Source: Bacteroidota bacterium
GTDB taxonomy: Bacteria; Bacteroidota; Bacteroidia; Cytophagales; Cyclobacteriaceae
Direction of reading: 5' to 3'
Assembly: GCA_039025475.1 (NCBI GenBank)
Contig: JBCCOE010000013.1
Coordinates: 239-64,238 of the forward strand
Length of the DNA: 64,000 nt
In this document: positions 19,914 to 30,221 of the stretch, one piece after another
Layout of the letters: the number at the start of each line of letters is the position of its first letter
Position numbering within the stretch: position 1 is the first letter of the stretch
The notes under the pieces: generated by a model
Seen by the model: only the letters and a program-made list of their open reading frames with translations
What the model was told of the DNA's origin: nothing
Database searches by the model: none
Program-made: the position numbers and the translations under genes

Positions 19914-20896
19914 AGGAATTGAATCATTTGATCAGTGGATATATCCAAAGCACATTTAAAATGCTTTTCGGGACAAGCTTTATGACCGTGCAAACCGCAG
20001 GGTCTGCAGGCCAAAGGTTGTTTAACTTCCACAACAGTTGCATCATCAGATAGTGGTCCAAAACCGAAATTAGGAACTGTTGAGCAAAATATGGCTGTCA
20101 CCGAAGCATTGACGGCCGAAGCAAAGTGCAATGGTGCTGAATCGTTTACGAAATTCATAGTAGCGCCTTTTATTAAAGCCACAGACTCCAAAGGACTTAA
20201 CTTCCCAGCTAGATTGGTAACATGAATTTTATCGGTTTCGGCTGTAATTTCATCACATAGTGCGGAATCCCCAGGGGCTCCTATAAGATAAATACGATAG
20301 TCCGTATCAATATTGTTAATGAGTTCTACCCATTTCTTTTTTGGCCATTGTTTCGTGTACCATACAGAAGCCGGAGCAATTGTGATATACTTTTCTAAGG
20401 TGTACCCCTTTACCCGTTCAAAGTGATTTTTGCTGGGATACAGCTTTGGGCGTTCCACGTTCAAATCGGTGATGTCCGCAATGAGTTTGTGATTCCTATT
20501 TATTTCATGTTGATGGTCTGAAGATGAAATTTCGTGTTTAACTGATTTGCTAAAAAAAAATGAAAAAGGGTTTTTTTTGAACCCCCTGGTTTCTTTGGCA
20601 CCAGACAAAATGGTAAATAACCCGGATGATGCGAAACGCTGAAGGTTAACGATGAGATCAAACCTTTCATTTCTCAACTTTCTAATTATCGTAAAGAGCT
20701 GGGCATATTTGTGCTTCTTATCCCAGACCCAAATCTTAGACAATTTTGGATGCAAATCAAGAATATGCTGATTGCCAGATCGTAATAAAAAATGTAATTC
20801 ACATTTAGGATAAGAACTAACCAGTTTTTCAATAATAGATGTAGCTAGTACTACATCTCCTAGAAACGCAGTCTGTATGATGAGAATTTTATTCAA
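19910..20896 (-). CDS. Glycosyltransferase family 9 (heptosyltransferase-like)
   Basis: IQTAFLGDVVL, KQWP, NLAGKLS, FVNDSAPLHFASA, PCGLHG; TTG start. Confidence 0.9.
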   Translation of the reverse strand: MNKILIIQTAFLGDVVLATSIIEKLVSSYPKCELHFLLRSGNQHILDLHPKLSKIWVWDKKHKYAQLFTIIRKLRNERFDLIVNLQRFASSGLFTILSGAKETRGFKKNPFSFFFSKSVKHEISSSDHQHEINRNHKLIADITDLNVERPKLYPSKNHFERVKGYTLEKYITIAPASVWYTKQWPKKKWVELINNIDTDYRIYLIGAPGDSALCDEITAETDKIHVTNLAGKLSPLESVALIKGATMNFVNDSAPLHFASAVNASVTAIFCSTVPNFGFGPLSDDATVVEVKQPLACRPCGLHGHKACPEKHFKCALDISTDQMIQFL

Positions 20897-20947
20897 TGAA
20901 GATATGGAGTCTATTCGAATCTATCTGGAATAAATTTAGCTGCAAAT

Positions 20948-20955
20948 CAAATATA
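20948..20955 (-). promoter_or_regulatory. -7 promoter element for the glycosyltransferase operon
   Basis: TATATTTG on the minus strand about 50 nt upstream of the GT9 start; no well-spaced -33 seen. Confidence 0.4.
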
Positions 20956-20970
20956 TATTAGCCTTAAAGC

Positions 20971-21001
20971 AAAAAAGTCGCCCTATTGAACAGGGCGACT
21001 T
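20971..21001 (-). terminator. Intrinsic terminator of the TolC/MFP operon
   Basis: 10-bp stem AAGTCGCCCT/AGGGCGACTT with a 7-nt loop, followed by a U tract on the minus strand. Confidence 0.85.
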
Positions 21002-21021
21002 CCTTTTAGATTGAGAGCATG

Positions 21022-22401
21022 TTATTCGTTCTCGTTTTCTGCCACGGTTTCTTCTTTCTTCTTTTTCTTACCACCTTCGACTAAATCCCCATCCTCTAAG
21101 CGTTTTGACACTACTAAAAATGGTCCGGAAATTACGTTATCATCTTCTGTTAATCCTTCGGTGATCTCGATATTCTCATAATCACTAATTCCGGTTTTAA
21201 CCTCCTGCATCTTAGCAATACCATCTATTTCCACAAAAACAACCTCTTTCACTTCATCTTTATCCTGATCATTTTCATCCTCTTCCTCGTTTTCTTCACT
21301 GTCCCTTCCACGACCAAATTTCTTTTTGCCAGGAATTCTAGTGGTTACCGAAGCTAAGGGTACTGATAAAACGTCATTTTTCTGATTGGTGATGATCTCT
21401 ACGCTAGCTGTCATACCCGGTCTGAATGGATATTTATTCCCATCATCTACCAGGTCCTGGTAAGAAGAATTTAAAATTCTAATCCGAACTTCGAACTCCG
21501 TAACCGCATCTGCTGATGCCTTGTCATTTGCAGTGTTGGCTATAGAGGTCACTACACCCTTAAACTCTTTGTCTAAATAAGTGTATGAATCCACATCTAT
21601 TATTACCGTATCTCCGAGGTTAACACGAATAATATCATTTTCATTTACATTTACCCTTACCTCCATCTGATTGAGGTCTGCTATTCGCATAATTTCGGTA
21701 CCTTGGAATTGTTGCGTACCCAAAACCGTTTCTCCCTGTTCGACATTTAACTTACTCACTATTCCACTCATAGGGGCTGTCACGGTAGTCCGTCTTAAGT
21801 TCTCCTGAGCTTGATCCAATGAAGCCTGACTACTTTTAACTACAAACCTTGCGGCCTCTAAAGATTTTTCGGCCGACTTTCGATCATTCTTTGCGACTTC
21901 AAAATTTTGCTGAGCAAGCTGCCAATCAGCCTCCGAAATCACCTTTTCCTCCCATAGTTTTTTCTGACGTTCATAATCTTGTTTCGACCGTTGAAAAGTG
22001 GCTTCTGCACGCGACAAAGCAGCTTCTGATGATGCTTCGTTAGCTCTCTGCGTATTGAGCGAAGCTCGTGCCTGCTCTGAAGCTGAAATAAAATTATCAG
22101 GTCTTATTTTAGCTAACACTGAGCCTTGACGAACGGAGTCCCCTTCTTCAACGGCCAACAATATTAGTTCACCAGATACTTCAGGGCTGAGTTTTACCTC
22201 CACAACCGGCTGGACCGTACCGGAAGCACTTACTTTTTCCGTAATGGAAACTTTCTTAACCTGAGCTACCGTTACTTTTGTTTTATTAGGTTGTCCTATC
22301 CATCCAGCTGATTTACCTACTACTAAGAGTAGAATTAAACCAATAAAGCCTCCAATCAGGTAATACAACCACTTATTTGACTTCTTCTTCTTTTTTGCCA
22401 T
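21022..22401 (-). CDS. Efflux periplasmic adaptor (MFP, MacA/HlyD-like)
   Basis: N-terminal TM, VSASGTVQP, coiled coil, TVTAPMSG, FRPGMTASV, VKTGISD. Confidence 0.9.
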   Translation of the reverse strand: MAKKKKKSNKWLYYLIGGFIGLILLLVVGKSAGWIGQPNKTKVTVAQVKKVSITEKVSASGTVQPVVEVKLSPEVSGELILLAVEEGDSVRQGSVLAKIRPDNFISASEQARASLNTQRANEASSEAALSRAEATFQRSKQDYERQKKLWEEKVISEADWQLAQQNFEVAKNDRKSAEKSLEAARFVVKSSQASLDQAQENLRRTTVTAPMSGIVSKLNVEQGETVLGTQQFQGTEIMRIADLNQMEVRVNVNENDIIRVNLGDTVIIDVDSYTYLDKEFKGVVTSIANTANDKASADAVTEFEVRIRILNSSYQDLVDDGNKYPFRPGMTASVEIITNQKNDVLSVPLASVTTRIPGKKKFGRGRDSEENEEEDENDQDKDEVKEVVFVEIDGIAKMQEVKTGISDYENIEITEGLTEDDNVISGPFLVVSKRLEDGDLVEGGKKKKKEETVAENENE

Positions 22402-22404
22402 TGC

Positions 22405-23883
22405 TTAGAATTCTAAAGGTTTGCCTTGATAAAAATCAAGTATTTTGAGTTTGAAAATATAATCGTATTTGGCTCGAGTCAAATCAGTTCTAGCCTGGTA
22501 AAGATTGTTCTCGGCTATTTCATAATCGGTGGCATTGATGGCACCGGCGGCTTTTTGTTTTTCTGTAACTCTAAAAGCTTCTTCTCGGGCTTCAACAGCC
22601 TTTAACGAAGCCTCATATGATTTTGAAGCTGCTTTAACATCATTATACGCCTGTTCTATAGTTTGCCATAACTGATACCGTGTGTCTTTGTAAGTTATTT
22701 CGGCCCTCCTTTTGGTTATTTCAGCTCTTTGTACATTCGCTTTTGCGCTAAAGCCGTTGAAAATCGGGACACTCAGAGACAAACTAACGAATTGGCTAAG
22801 GTTTTCATCGAATTGTTCACTAAATCCGAAATCAACTATCTCACCATTAGGGGCAAATACAGCACTTTCAATTGCTTCACCACCCGAAACCGTTCTAAAG
22901 TTAGTAGGCTCATAAAGCTGATTGCCACTTCCATCGGTTAAAGGTAAGAACGGGTTTTCAGCATCTGGAATAAACCTCTCTGTGATTAAATCAGAGTAAT
23001 TTGTACTTAGACCTGCATTCAAACTTAATGTAGGATATAAAGTTCCTTTGGATGCCTGCACGCCTCTTTCAGCACTTTTAACGTTATAATCCGCGCTCTT
23101 GATTTCAGGCATAGAAGCAAGGGCAATTTCGTAAACCTCAATTGGTGTATTTGGTAAATCACTGGCAGCGCCTACTTCAATGTTGGGTACTACAATATCA
23201 ATTTGGCCTTCAGGAGGAAGTTGTAATAATTGCTTTAGCTGTATCTTAGCCAAAATAAGACTATTTTCTTGATTAATAACGTTTACTTCGTTTGTGGCCA
23301 TCTGAGCCTGCAAATCGAGTAGATTAGCCCTGGGTAGAGCTCCAGCTTCTACCTGTTTCCTTGTAAGTTCTACTTGTTCTTTTGTAGACGCGACCTGCGA
23401 TAATGCATTTTCGTAAAGCTCGCGGGTAAAAAGCACATTAGTGTACAAGTTTATTACATTTAGTATAACATTGTTTTTGGACGTTTCTAAGTCTTGTTGG
23501 CTTGCTTCAAAAGCATATTCTGTCTGTTTAATAGTATTTCTTATGTTCAAACCATTAAATAAGGTCACGCTACTGTTAAGGTTTGCTCTTGCCGAATTAA
23601 TTCTTTGATTGACAAATAAGTTGGTGTTTGGATTAATTGACCGACCCCAATTTGGACCATATGATGTAGTTCCATTAAGGCTTGGGTAACGAGACCATTT
23701 GGCTTGGTCGAAACTAATCTCTCTATCCTGAAGATTTAACAGATTACGTTGAACATCTAAACTATTTTCCAGTGCATAATCGACACATTCCTGAAGAGTC
23801 CATTGGTAGGATTCAGCTTCCTGCCCGTTAGCGATACCACTGATCAGAAGTAGGATAATTAAAAGTTTGTTGTGAGTTTTCAT
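22405..23883 (-). CDS. TolC-family outer membrane efflux protein
   Basis: Signal peptide, WTLQECVDYALEN, YPSLN/YPTLSL repeats, AKYDYIFKLKILDFYQG C-terminus. Confidence 0.9.
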   Translation of the reverse strand: MKTHNKLLIILLLISGIANGQEAESYQWTLQECVDYALENSLDVQRNLLNLQDREISFDQAKWSRYPSLNGTTSYGPNWGRSINPNTNLFVNQRINSARANLNSSVTLFNGLNIRNTIKQTEYAFEASQQDLETSKNNVILNVINLYTNVLFTRELYENALSQVASTKEQVELTRKQVEAGALPRANLLDLQAQMATNEVNVINQENSLILAKIQLKQLLQLPPEGQIDIVVPNIEVGAASDLPNTPIEVYEIALASMPEIKSADYNVKSAERGVQASKGTLYPTLSLNAGLSTNYSDLITERFIPDAENPFLPLTDGSGNQLYEPTNFRTVSGGEAIESAVFAPNGEIVDFGFSEQFDENLSQFVSLSLSVPIFNGFSAKANVQRAEITKRRAEITYKDTRYQLWQTIEQAYNDVKAASKSYEASLKAVEAREEAFRVTEKQKAAGAINATDYEIAENNLYQARTDLTRAKYDYIFKLKILDFYQGKPLEF

Positions 23884-23898
23884 GACCGTTTTCTTTAG

Positions 23899-24582
23899 TT
23901 ATAAATCTATATCAGGAATATAAATTACTTCTGTAATCCAGTAAAGGTTCTTTAGATACTCCAATGAAACTGGTTTTAAACCAGAATCCATCTCAATAAC
24001 CAGACAAGCGATATCATTTTTTCCCTTCCTTGAAACCGACATAGTCGCAATATTGCAGTCATCGTTTGAAAGTATATTGGCAATATTTGCAATACTTCCT
24101 TTTGTATCCCTCGCTTTGATGATCAAGGTATGCGCTGCAGCTGAAAAGTCAGCATTGAAACCATCTACTTCAGCTATGTTAATGACCCCCCCTCCCTTAC
24201 TTTCGCCTATGACCGTAATTGACCTATCACCCTTTCTTAATTCTAGTTTTATAGTATTAGGATGTAAGGTAGAGGCATTACCTACCGACTTAAAAGTGTA
24301 ATTCAAGCCTCGCTGACCTGCATACTCGAAAGCTGTTTTTATCCGGTCATCATCGGTCTTAAAATCTAATAGCCCCGCGACAATAGCCTTATCACTCCCA
24401 TGCCCTTCATAGGTACGAGCAAAAGAATTATAGAAAGTAATAGTAGCCTCATCTGGGATACTTCCAAGCACTTTTACCGACGCACGAGCTATTCTAACGA
24501 CACCGGCGGTGTGAGAACTGGATGGACCGATCATTACAGGACCGATCATATCAAAAATTCCACTCTTTTCTGCCAAACGCAA
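23899..24582 (-). CDS. sdaAB: L-serine dehydratase (Fe-S) beta subunit with ACT domain
   Basis: IFDMIGPVMIGPSSSHTAG, SFARTYEGHGSD, HPNT, GESKGGG. TTG start at 24582 or 24576. Confidence 0.9.
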   Translation of the reverse strand: MRLAEKSGIFDMIGPVMIGPSSSHTAGVVRIARASVKVLGSIPDEATITFYNSFARTYEGHGSDKAIVAGLLDFKTDDDRIKTAFEYAGQRGLNYTFKSVGNASTLHPNTIKLELRKGDRSITVIGESKGGGVINIAEVDGFNADFSAAAHTLIIKARDTKGSIANIANILSNDDCNIATMSVSRKGKNDIACLVIEMDSGLKPVSLEYLKNLYWITEVIYIPDIDL

Positions 24583-24711
24583 TCTGGTTTTAGACGCTCA
24601 ATGTTAAACATAATTTCTAACCACGATGTAGTTATATGTATAAATGGTTATTTTCCTACTTAAATACCCAAAATGGGTGATTAAGATCAAATCAATTAGC
24701 AGTACTCATCA

Positions 24712-25545
24712 ATGAAGGCGTATTTTAATGGCTCATGGATTGAAAATAAAATAACCCTTCCACTAAACGACAGGGCGTTACAATTCGGTGATGGTGCTTT
24801 TGAAACTATGATCTACCAAAAAGGTAAAGTCAATTATTTACATGATCACCTTGAGCGCTTGAATGACGCCCTGGAGATACTTCATATGAATCCACTACAC
24901 CTTTCCGAGGCTGAGGTTAATGACCTGGTTAAAGAACTTATAAAAAAAAACAAAATAGAAGATCCTGCCAGGATTAAACTAATGGTATGGAGGAAAGGAC
25001 AAAAACAAAAGGCCTACGCCACTTCAGAAAGGAACCGCAACTATTTAGTGTTAGCCAACAGATGTAATCCTGTGGATTTAAATATACTTTCCAAAGTAGG
25101 TTATTCTGATGCGATCAGAAATTATGAATCTGTAAGGTCTCGTTTTAAATCTTTGAGTTCTTTGCACTATATTACCGCAGCCTTTGAAAGGGATGATAAA
25201 GATCTGGAAGAACTTATTCTGTTAGATCGAAAAGGAAATCTGAGCGAATGTATAGCCGCCAACTTATTTTGGATAAAAGATGGTAAAGTCTTCACACCGG
25301 CTTTATCAACGGGATGTATTAACGGCATCATGCGAAGACAATTGGTAAAATGGTGTAAAACTCAACAAATCGAATTCGTTGAAACAATTACTCATCCTAA
25401 AATACTAAGGGCTGCGGAACATGTTTTTTGTACCAACATTGCTGGTATATCCATCTTTGAGCACGTCGCCTCAAATACTTATGCCATTAGTGGCGTTTTG
25501 ATGGATTTGATAGTAAGAATGGTTCTTGATCCTGATCGTAATTAA
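24712..25545 (+). CDS. Aminotransferase class IV (aminodeoxychorismate lyase-like)
   Basis: DRALQFGDGAFETM, KSLS, ECIAANLFW, GCINGIMR. Confidence 0.85.
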   Translation: MKAYFNGSWIENKITLPLNDRALQFGDGAFETMIYQKGKVNYLHDHLERLNDALEILHMNPLHLSEAEVNDLVKELIKKNKIEDPARIKLMVWRKGQKQKAYATSERNRNYLVLANRCNPVDLNILSKVGYSDAIRNYESVRSRFKSLSSLHYITAAFERDDKDLEELILLDRKGNLSECIAANLFWIKDGKVFTPALSTGCINGIMRRQLVKWCKTQQIEFVETITHPKILRAAEHVFCTNIAGISIFEHVASNTYAISGVLMDLIVRMVLDPDRN

Positions 25546-25739
25546 CCTACCTGAAAATCATAAATACCGTTTTTAGATGCGGGCGGTCAATCAAATTTAT
25601 TTTTTTAAAAAGTCTTAAAAACTTACTTATGGCGGTTTGTTGAAAATGTGTGGAAAACTTCCAGCCAAAGTGTAGTAAAAAATTTTATCCTGTATAATTA
25701 AATTTATATACTTGCCAGAGAAGATGAGTACATAATAAT

Positions 25740-25976
25740 ATGTTCAACGACCCTGATATTTTACTTAGCAAAGTGCGTATGATCATGGAATCTCCGACGG
25801 AACGATCTAAATATCAGGATCTTAGCTCATTTCAGGAAAAGCTATCTTTTATCAAAAATCACTTCATTATGAATGATATGGCCATTCGCTTAATGGAAAG
25901 GCAATATCTATTGAGCGAGGATAAGAAAGATGAGCTAATGCGTACAGTCGACGACATTATTGCCCAGGCTGACTAA
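25740..25976 (+). CDS. Hypothetical small helical protein (78 aa)
   Basis: Only ORF in a 450-nt gap between recognised genes; protein-like composition; TATACTTG promoter-like element upstream. Confidence 0.6.
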   Translation: MFNDPDILLSKVRMIMESPTERSKYQDLSSFQEKLSFIKNHFIMNDMAIRLMERQYLLSEDKKDELMRTVDDIIAQAD

Positions 25977-25999
25977 CAATTAAACTTTTACTTCTTACA

Positions 26000-26794
26000 T
26001 CAAACGGCTATAGGTGCCTTAATACTTGGATGAGCCTGATAATTGATAATTTCAAAATCTTCGAACTTATAGTCAAAAATAGAAGCCGGCTTTCTTTTAA
26101 TTATTAACTGCGGCCCTGTTAGTGGTTCCCTGGTAAGTTGAAGTTTTGCTTGTTCGAGATGATTGAGATAGAGATGCGTGTCACCTCCTGTCCAGATGAA
26201 TTCACCTGCATTGAGATCACATTGTTGAGCAAACATGTAAACAAGCAATGAATAAGAGGCAATATTGAAAGGTACTCCAAGAAAATAGTCGGCACTACGT
26301 TGGTAAAGCTGACATGACAACTTTCCGTCAGCGACGTAAAACTGGAATAAAGCGTGACAAGGGGGTAAAGCCATCTTGTCTACTTCTGACGGGTTCCAGG
26401 CGCTCACCATATGCCTCCTAGAGTTAGGATTTTTTTTGATCTGGTTGATAACTTGAGTGATCTGGTCCACCGTACTACCATCCGCAGTTGGCCAGCTTCG
26501 CCATTGATGACCATAGACAGGTCCTAAATCGCCGTTTTCATCAGCCCACTCATCCCAGATGCTTACTCCATTTTCTTTCAAGTATTTTATATTGGTATCC
26601 CCACTTAAAAACCAAAGAAGTTCATGTATAATAGAACGTAAATGGAGTTTCTTTGTCGTCAGTAAAGGGAAACTTTCGGACAAATCAAATCTCATTTGTC
26701 TCCCAAAAACCGACAACGTTCCTGTACCTGTTCTATCCCCCTTCTTAGTTCCGTTATCGAATATATCTTGCATTAAATCCAGGTACTGCTTCAT
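26000..26794 (-). CDS. thyA: Thymidylate synthase
   Basis: [44 protein letters not shown]. Confidence 0.98.
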   Translation of the reverse strand: MKQYLDLMQDIFDNGTKKGDRTGTGTLSVFGRQMRFDLSESFPLLTTKKLHLRSIIHELLWFLSGDTNIKYLKENGVSIWDEWADENGDLGPVYGHQWRSWPTADGSTVDQITQVINQIKKNPNSRRHMVSAWNPSEVDKMALPPCHALFQFYVADGKLSCQLYQRSADYFLGVPFNIASYSLLVYMFAQQCDLNAGEFIWTGGDTHLYLNHLEQAKLQLTREPLTGPQLIIKRKPASIFDYKFEDFEIINYQAHPSIKAPIAV

Positions 26795-26939
26795 AACTAT
26801 CTCGTGTAATTAGTGGTTTGAAATATTAGTTAAAGTTAGGGATTCGAATGACACAAATTAAAATTTAGGATTACAGAATTACACCTTAGTTTTAAAGTGA
26901 TCAATTTGTTAGAATGAAGTAATCAACCAAAAAAATTTG

Positions 26940-29204
26940 ATGTATAGGAACCTGGCCAAGTTAAGCCTGTTTGTTTTACTGATTATGACCATTCTACTGG
27001 GTGTTTTCATCCGGGATGTCAGGTTTAACTATGTATTCGAAGATTTCTTTCCGGTTGGTGACCCTGACCTGGAGTATTACAAAGAATTTAAACAAAGATT
27101 CGAAAATGATAATAACTACTTATTAATTGGCCTGATTCGACATGAAGGAATTTTCGATTCCACCTTCCTGAACCAAGCGAATGTTTTAGTACAGCAACTC
27201 GTAAATCAGGAATATGTAACTTCCGTCATCTCAATTATTAATACGAAAAGAACGATTATAAGCCAGGCTGGTCTATACCAAATACCGCATATACACGTAA
27301 ACGAACCTCAACGCTATTTAAAAGACTCAACCTATATATTTAGATCACCACTTTTAGTCGAATCCTTAGTCTCAGCTGATGGAAAATCCCTGGCTGTTCT
27401 ATTGAAGCACGAAGAAGTTCATACCAAAGAAGAATCCGATCGTATTTCGGATGCGGTCATAAATCTCATCAGGGATATCGGTTTTTCCGACTATCACGTC
27501 GCAGGGAAGATACACGCTCAAAAGGTTTTCATTACAAAACTGCAGGAAGAGCTTACTTTATTCATAGGTGCTTCAATCGTACTTATTGTCTTCTTTTTAG
27601 GGTTTGCCTATCGAAATTGGTGGGGAGTAGTTATACCTCTTACAGTCGTTTTGGTTTCTGTAGTATGGGTAATGGGTTTAGTGGGTGCCACCGGAAAAAG
27701 CCTTGATTTTATTATGGTACTGCTACCAACCATCATGTTCGTAGTTGCCATGTCAGACGTTGTGCACATCATGACCAAGTACATCGAACAGTTAAGACTA
27801 GGCTTCAATAAGGTAGCCGCTATTCGAGTGACTTTTAAGGAAGTTGGATTGGCTACATTTCTTACTTCTGTCACTACAGCAGTAGGTTTTCTAACGTTGC
27901 TCACCGCTAGTATACGACCCATTCAGGGCTTTGGTATATTCACGGCTATTGGAGTAGTTATTGCTTTTTTGGTGGCCTTTACATTACTTCCTGCAGCTCT
28001 AATCCTACTCCCGAGACCGAAGGTTTCAGAAAAGCTAGTCCACCGTTCTAAATGGTTTAGTTTTATGAGTAAGTCCTTTCTCTATATAGTTAAGAATGGA
28101 AAGCAGGTATTGTTATTAAACGCCATTGTTTTAGGCGTTTCATTATTTGGTATATCTCAAATTTACATCAATACCTATCTAATTGAAGACTTACCAGCAG
28201 ATGATCCGTTAAAGATGGACTTCACTTTTTTTGACGAACATTTTGGAGGGTCGCGTCCATTTGAATTAACAATAACCCCCTCTAATGGATATTCTATATT
28301 TGATGAAGCTGTACTCAATGAAGTAACCAAAGTTGCCTATTACCTGGCAGACACCTTTGAGGCTGGAAATATTATCGGTCCTCAAACCATTGTTATGGGG
28401 ATCAACCAATCCGTAAACGGAGGCCAGATTGAAAGTTTTAGGTTGCCGAATACAAGCTACGAAAAGAAGCAGTTGAAGAGGAACCTGAAAAGGCTACTAA
28501 AGAGAAACGAGCTAGCCAGCGTCACTACGGCAGACCTTACCATGGGTCGGTTATCAGCTCGCGTCAAAGATATTGGTAGCGCAATATCTTTAACACGAAC
28601 CAAAGCATTGCAGCGGTTCATTAAAACATCAACAGATACTTCACTTGTCTCATTTAAAGTTACCGGGACATCAAACCTTATTGATAAGAATAATGAGTAC
28701 GTAGCCAAAAATATGTTCCAGGGATTGGGCATTGCATTTGCCGTGGTCGCAATTATAGCCGGAATGCTATTTCGTTCCTTTCGTATGGTACTAATTACTT
28801 TGGTCCCAAATATAATACCGCTGGTCGCTGTTGCGGGTATAATGGGCATTTTCGGAATCACGCTTAAGCTTTCAACTTCTATTGTTTTTACGATTGCATT
28901 TGGCATAGCGGTTGATGATACTATACATTTCACCAGTAAACTAAAATTAGAGCTCAATAAGGGAAAATCGCTGCTTTATGCACTTAAACGCACCTATTTG
29001 AGCACAGGAAAAGCCATAGTAGTAACAAGTATTATTCTGTCAGGAGGTTTTCTAACATTGATTTTATCTTCTTTTGGGGGAACTTTCTACACGGGTCTAT
29101 TAATCAGCCTGACTTTAATTTTAGCCGTAATTGTGGACCTTACATTATTACCGGTATTAGTCGCTTACTTTCCAGGAAAAGACCATTTAGAAAAGAAAAA
29201 GTAA
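26940..29204 (+). CDS. MMPL/RND-superfamily transporter
   Basis: Two repeats of TM + large loop + 5 TM; VVAMSDVVH and GIAVDDTIH proton-relay-type motifs. Confidence 0.85.
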   Translation: MYRNLAKLSLFVLLIMTILLGVFIRDVRFNYVFEDFFPVGDPDLEYYKEFKQRFENDNNYLLIGLIRHEGIFDSTFLNQANVLVQQLVNQEYVTSVISIINTKRTIISQAGLYQIPHIHVNEPQRYLKDSTYIFRSPLLVESLVSADGKSLAVLLKHEEVHTKEESDRISDAVINLIRDIGFSDYHVAGKIHAQKVFITKLQEELTLFIGASIVLIVFFLGFAYRNWWGVVIPLTVVLVSVVWVMGLVGATGKSLDFIMVLLPTIMFVVAMSDVVHIMTKYIEQLRLGFNKVAAIRVTFKEVGLATFLTSVTTAVGFLTLLTASIRPIQGFGIFTAIGVVIAFLVAFTLLPAALILLPRPKVSEKLVHRSKWFSFMSKSFLYIVKNGKQVLLLNAIVLGVSLFGISQIYINTYLIEDLPADDPLKMDFTFFDEHFGGSRPFELTITPSNGYSIFDEAVLNEVTKVAYYLADTFEAGNIIGPQTIVMGINQSVNGGQIESFRLPNTSYEKKQLKRNLKRLLKRNELASVTTADLTMGRLSARVKDIGSAISLTRTKALQRFIKTSTDTSLVSFKVTGTSNLIDKNNEYVAKNMFQGLGIAFAVVAIIAGMLFRSFRMVLITLVPNIIPLVAVAGIMGIFGITLKLSTSIVFTIAFGIAVDDTIHFTSKLKLELNKGKSLLYALKRTYLSTGKAIVVTSIILSGGFLTLILSSFGGTFYTGLLISLTLILAVIVDLTLLPVLVAYFPGKDHLEKKK

Positions 29205-29213
29205 TTTTATCTT

Positions 29214-30221
29214 ATGAGGAAGCTTGTCTGGCTATTGCTGTGCCTAATCCCACTAATATTAATCTCATGGATTAGTTTTAAAAGTAACTCTGTCCCAAAA
29301 ATTGCTGGTATAAATCTGGTCGCACCACCCAATCCAGTCGGAAGGGAAGCTTTTCACTCTTTGCGCTCTACCAATGCCAACTGGCTTTCCGTAATACCAT
29401 ATGGTTTTCTTAGACCGAATGAATCAATTGTAAGATATAACTATCAAAGGCAGTGGTGGGGAGAAGGACTCTTAGGCGCTTCAAAAACGATTCAGATGGC
29501 TCATGATCTGGGATACAAAGTAATGCTAAAACCCCACGTTTGGGTTATTAATCAAGGCTGGGCCGGAGACTTTGAACCCAGATCCGAAGAACATTGGCAA
29601 AAGTGGGAGAAGTCCTATGAAGATTACATTATGGCATTCGCTAAAGTCTCAGACTCGCTAAATGTTGAGCTTTTCTGTATAGGAACAGAATTTCGAAAAA
29701 CGGTTATAAAAAGGCCAGAATACTGGCGCTCATTAATAAAAAAAGTTAGAACTCATTATAAAGGAAAGATAACTTACGCAGCAAATTGGGATAACTTCGA
29801 AAATATAACTTTTTGGAGTGATCTTGATTTTATCGGGATAGATGCCTATTTCCCGTTATGCCAGGATAAAACCCCTTCGCCAAGCTCAATTGGGCTTGGA
29901 TGGGATAGTGTATCTCAACAAATTGAAAGAGTTTCAAAACGGTACAATAAGCCAATTCTTTTTACGGAATATGGTTATAAGAGTATCGATTACGCTGCAG
30001 ATGGGCATTGGAAGTATGACCATGATACCCTTCGAGTAAACTACATTGCGCAAGCCAATGCTTATGAGGCGTTATACGAGACGGTTTGGGACAAAGCGTG
30101 GTTCAGAGGGGGTTTTTTGTGGAAATGGCATTTGCAATCTTCACAACGAAAAGGACTCGCGAAAGAATTTACACCACAGGATAAACCGGTGCTGCGGGTG
30201 ATTCAGAAATATTATAAATAA
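29214..30221 (+). CDS. Glycoside hydrolase family 113-like TIM barrel, secreted or membrane-anchored
   Basis: KVMLKPHVW, FCIGTEF (acid/base Glu), YAANWD, IGIDAYFPL, ILFTEYGY (nucleophile Glu). Confidence 0.82.
   Translation: MRKLVWLLLCLIPLILISWISFKSNSVPKIAGINLVAPPNPVGREAFHSLRSTNANWLSVIPYGFLRPNESIVRYNYQRQWWGEGLLGASKTIQMAHDLGYKVMLKPHVWVINQGWAGDFEPRSEEHWQKWEKSYEDYIMAFAKVSDSLNVELFCIGTEFRKTVIKRPEYWRSLIKKVRTHYKGKITYAANWDNFENITFWSDLDFIGIDAYFPLCQDKTPSPSSIGLGWDSVSQQIERVSKRYNKPILFTEYGYKSIDYAADGHWKYDHDTLRVNYIAQANAYEALYETVWDKAWFRGGFLWKWHLQSSQRKGLAKEFTPQDKPVLRVIQKYYK

Noticed and set aside
25724-25735. Three-codon upstream ORF (ATG AGT ACA TAA)
   Set aside because: Expected by chance in AT-rich DNA; no attenuator structure seen.
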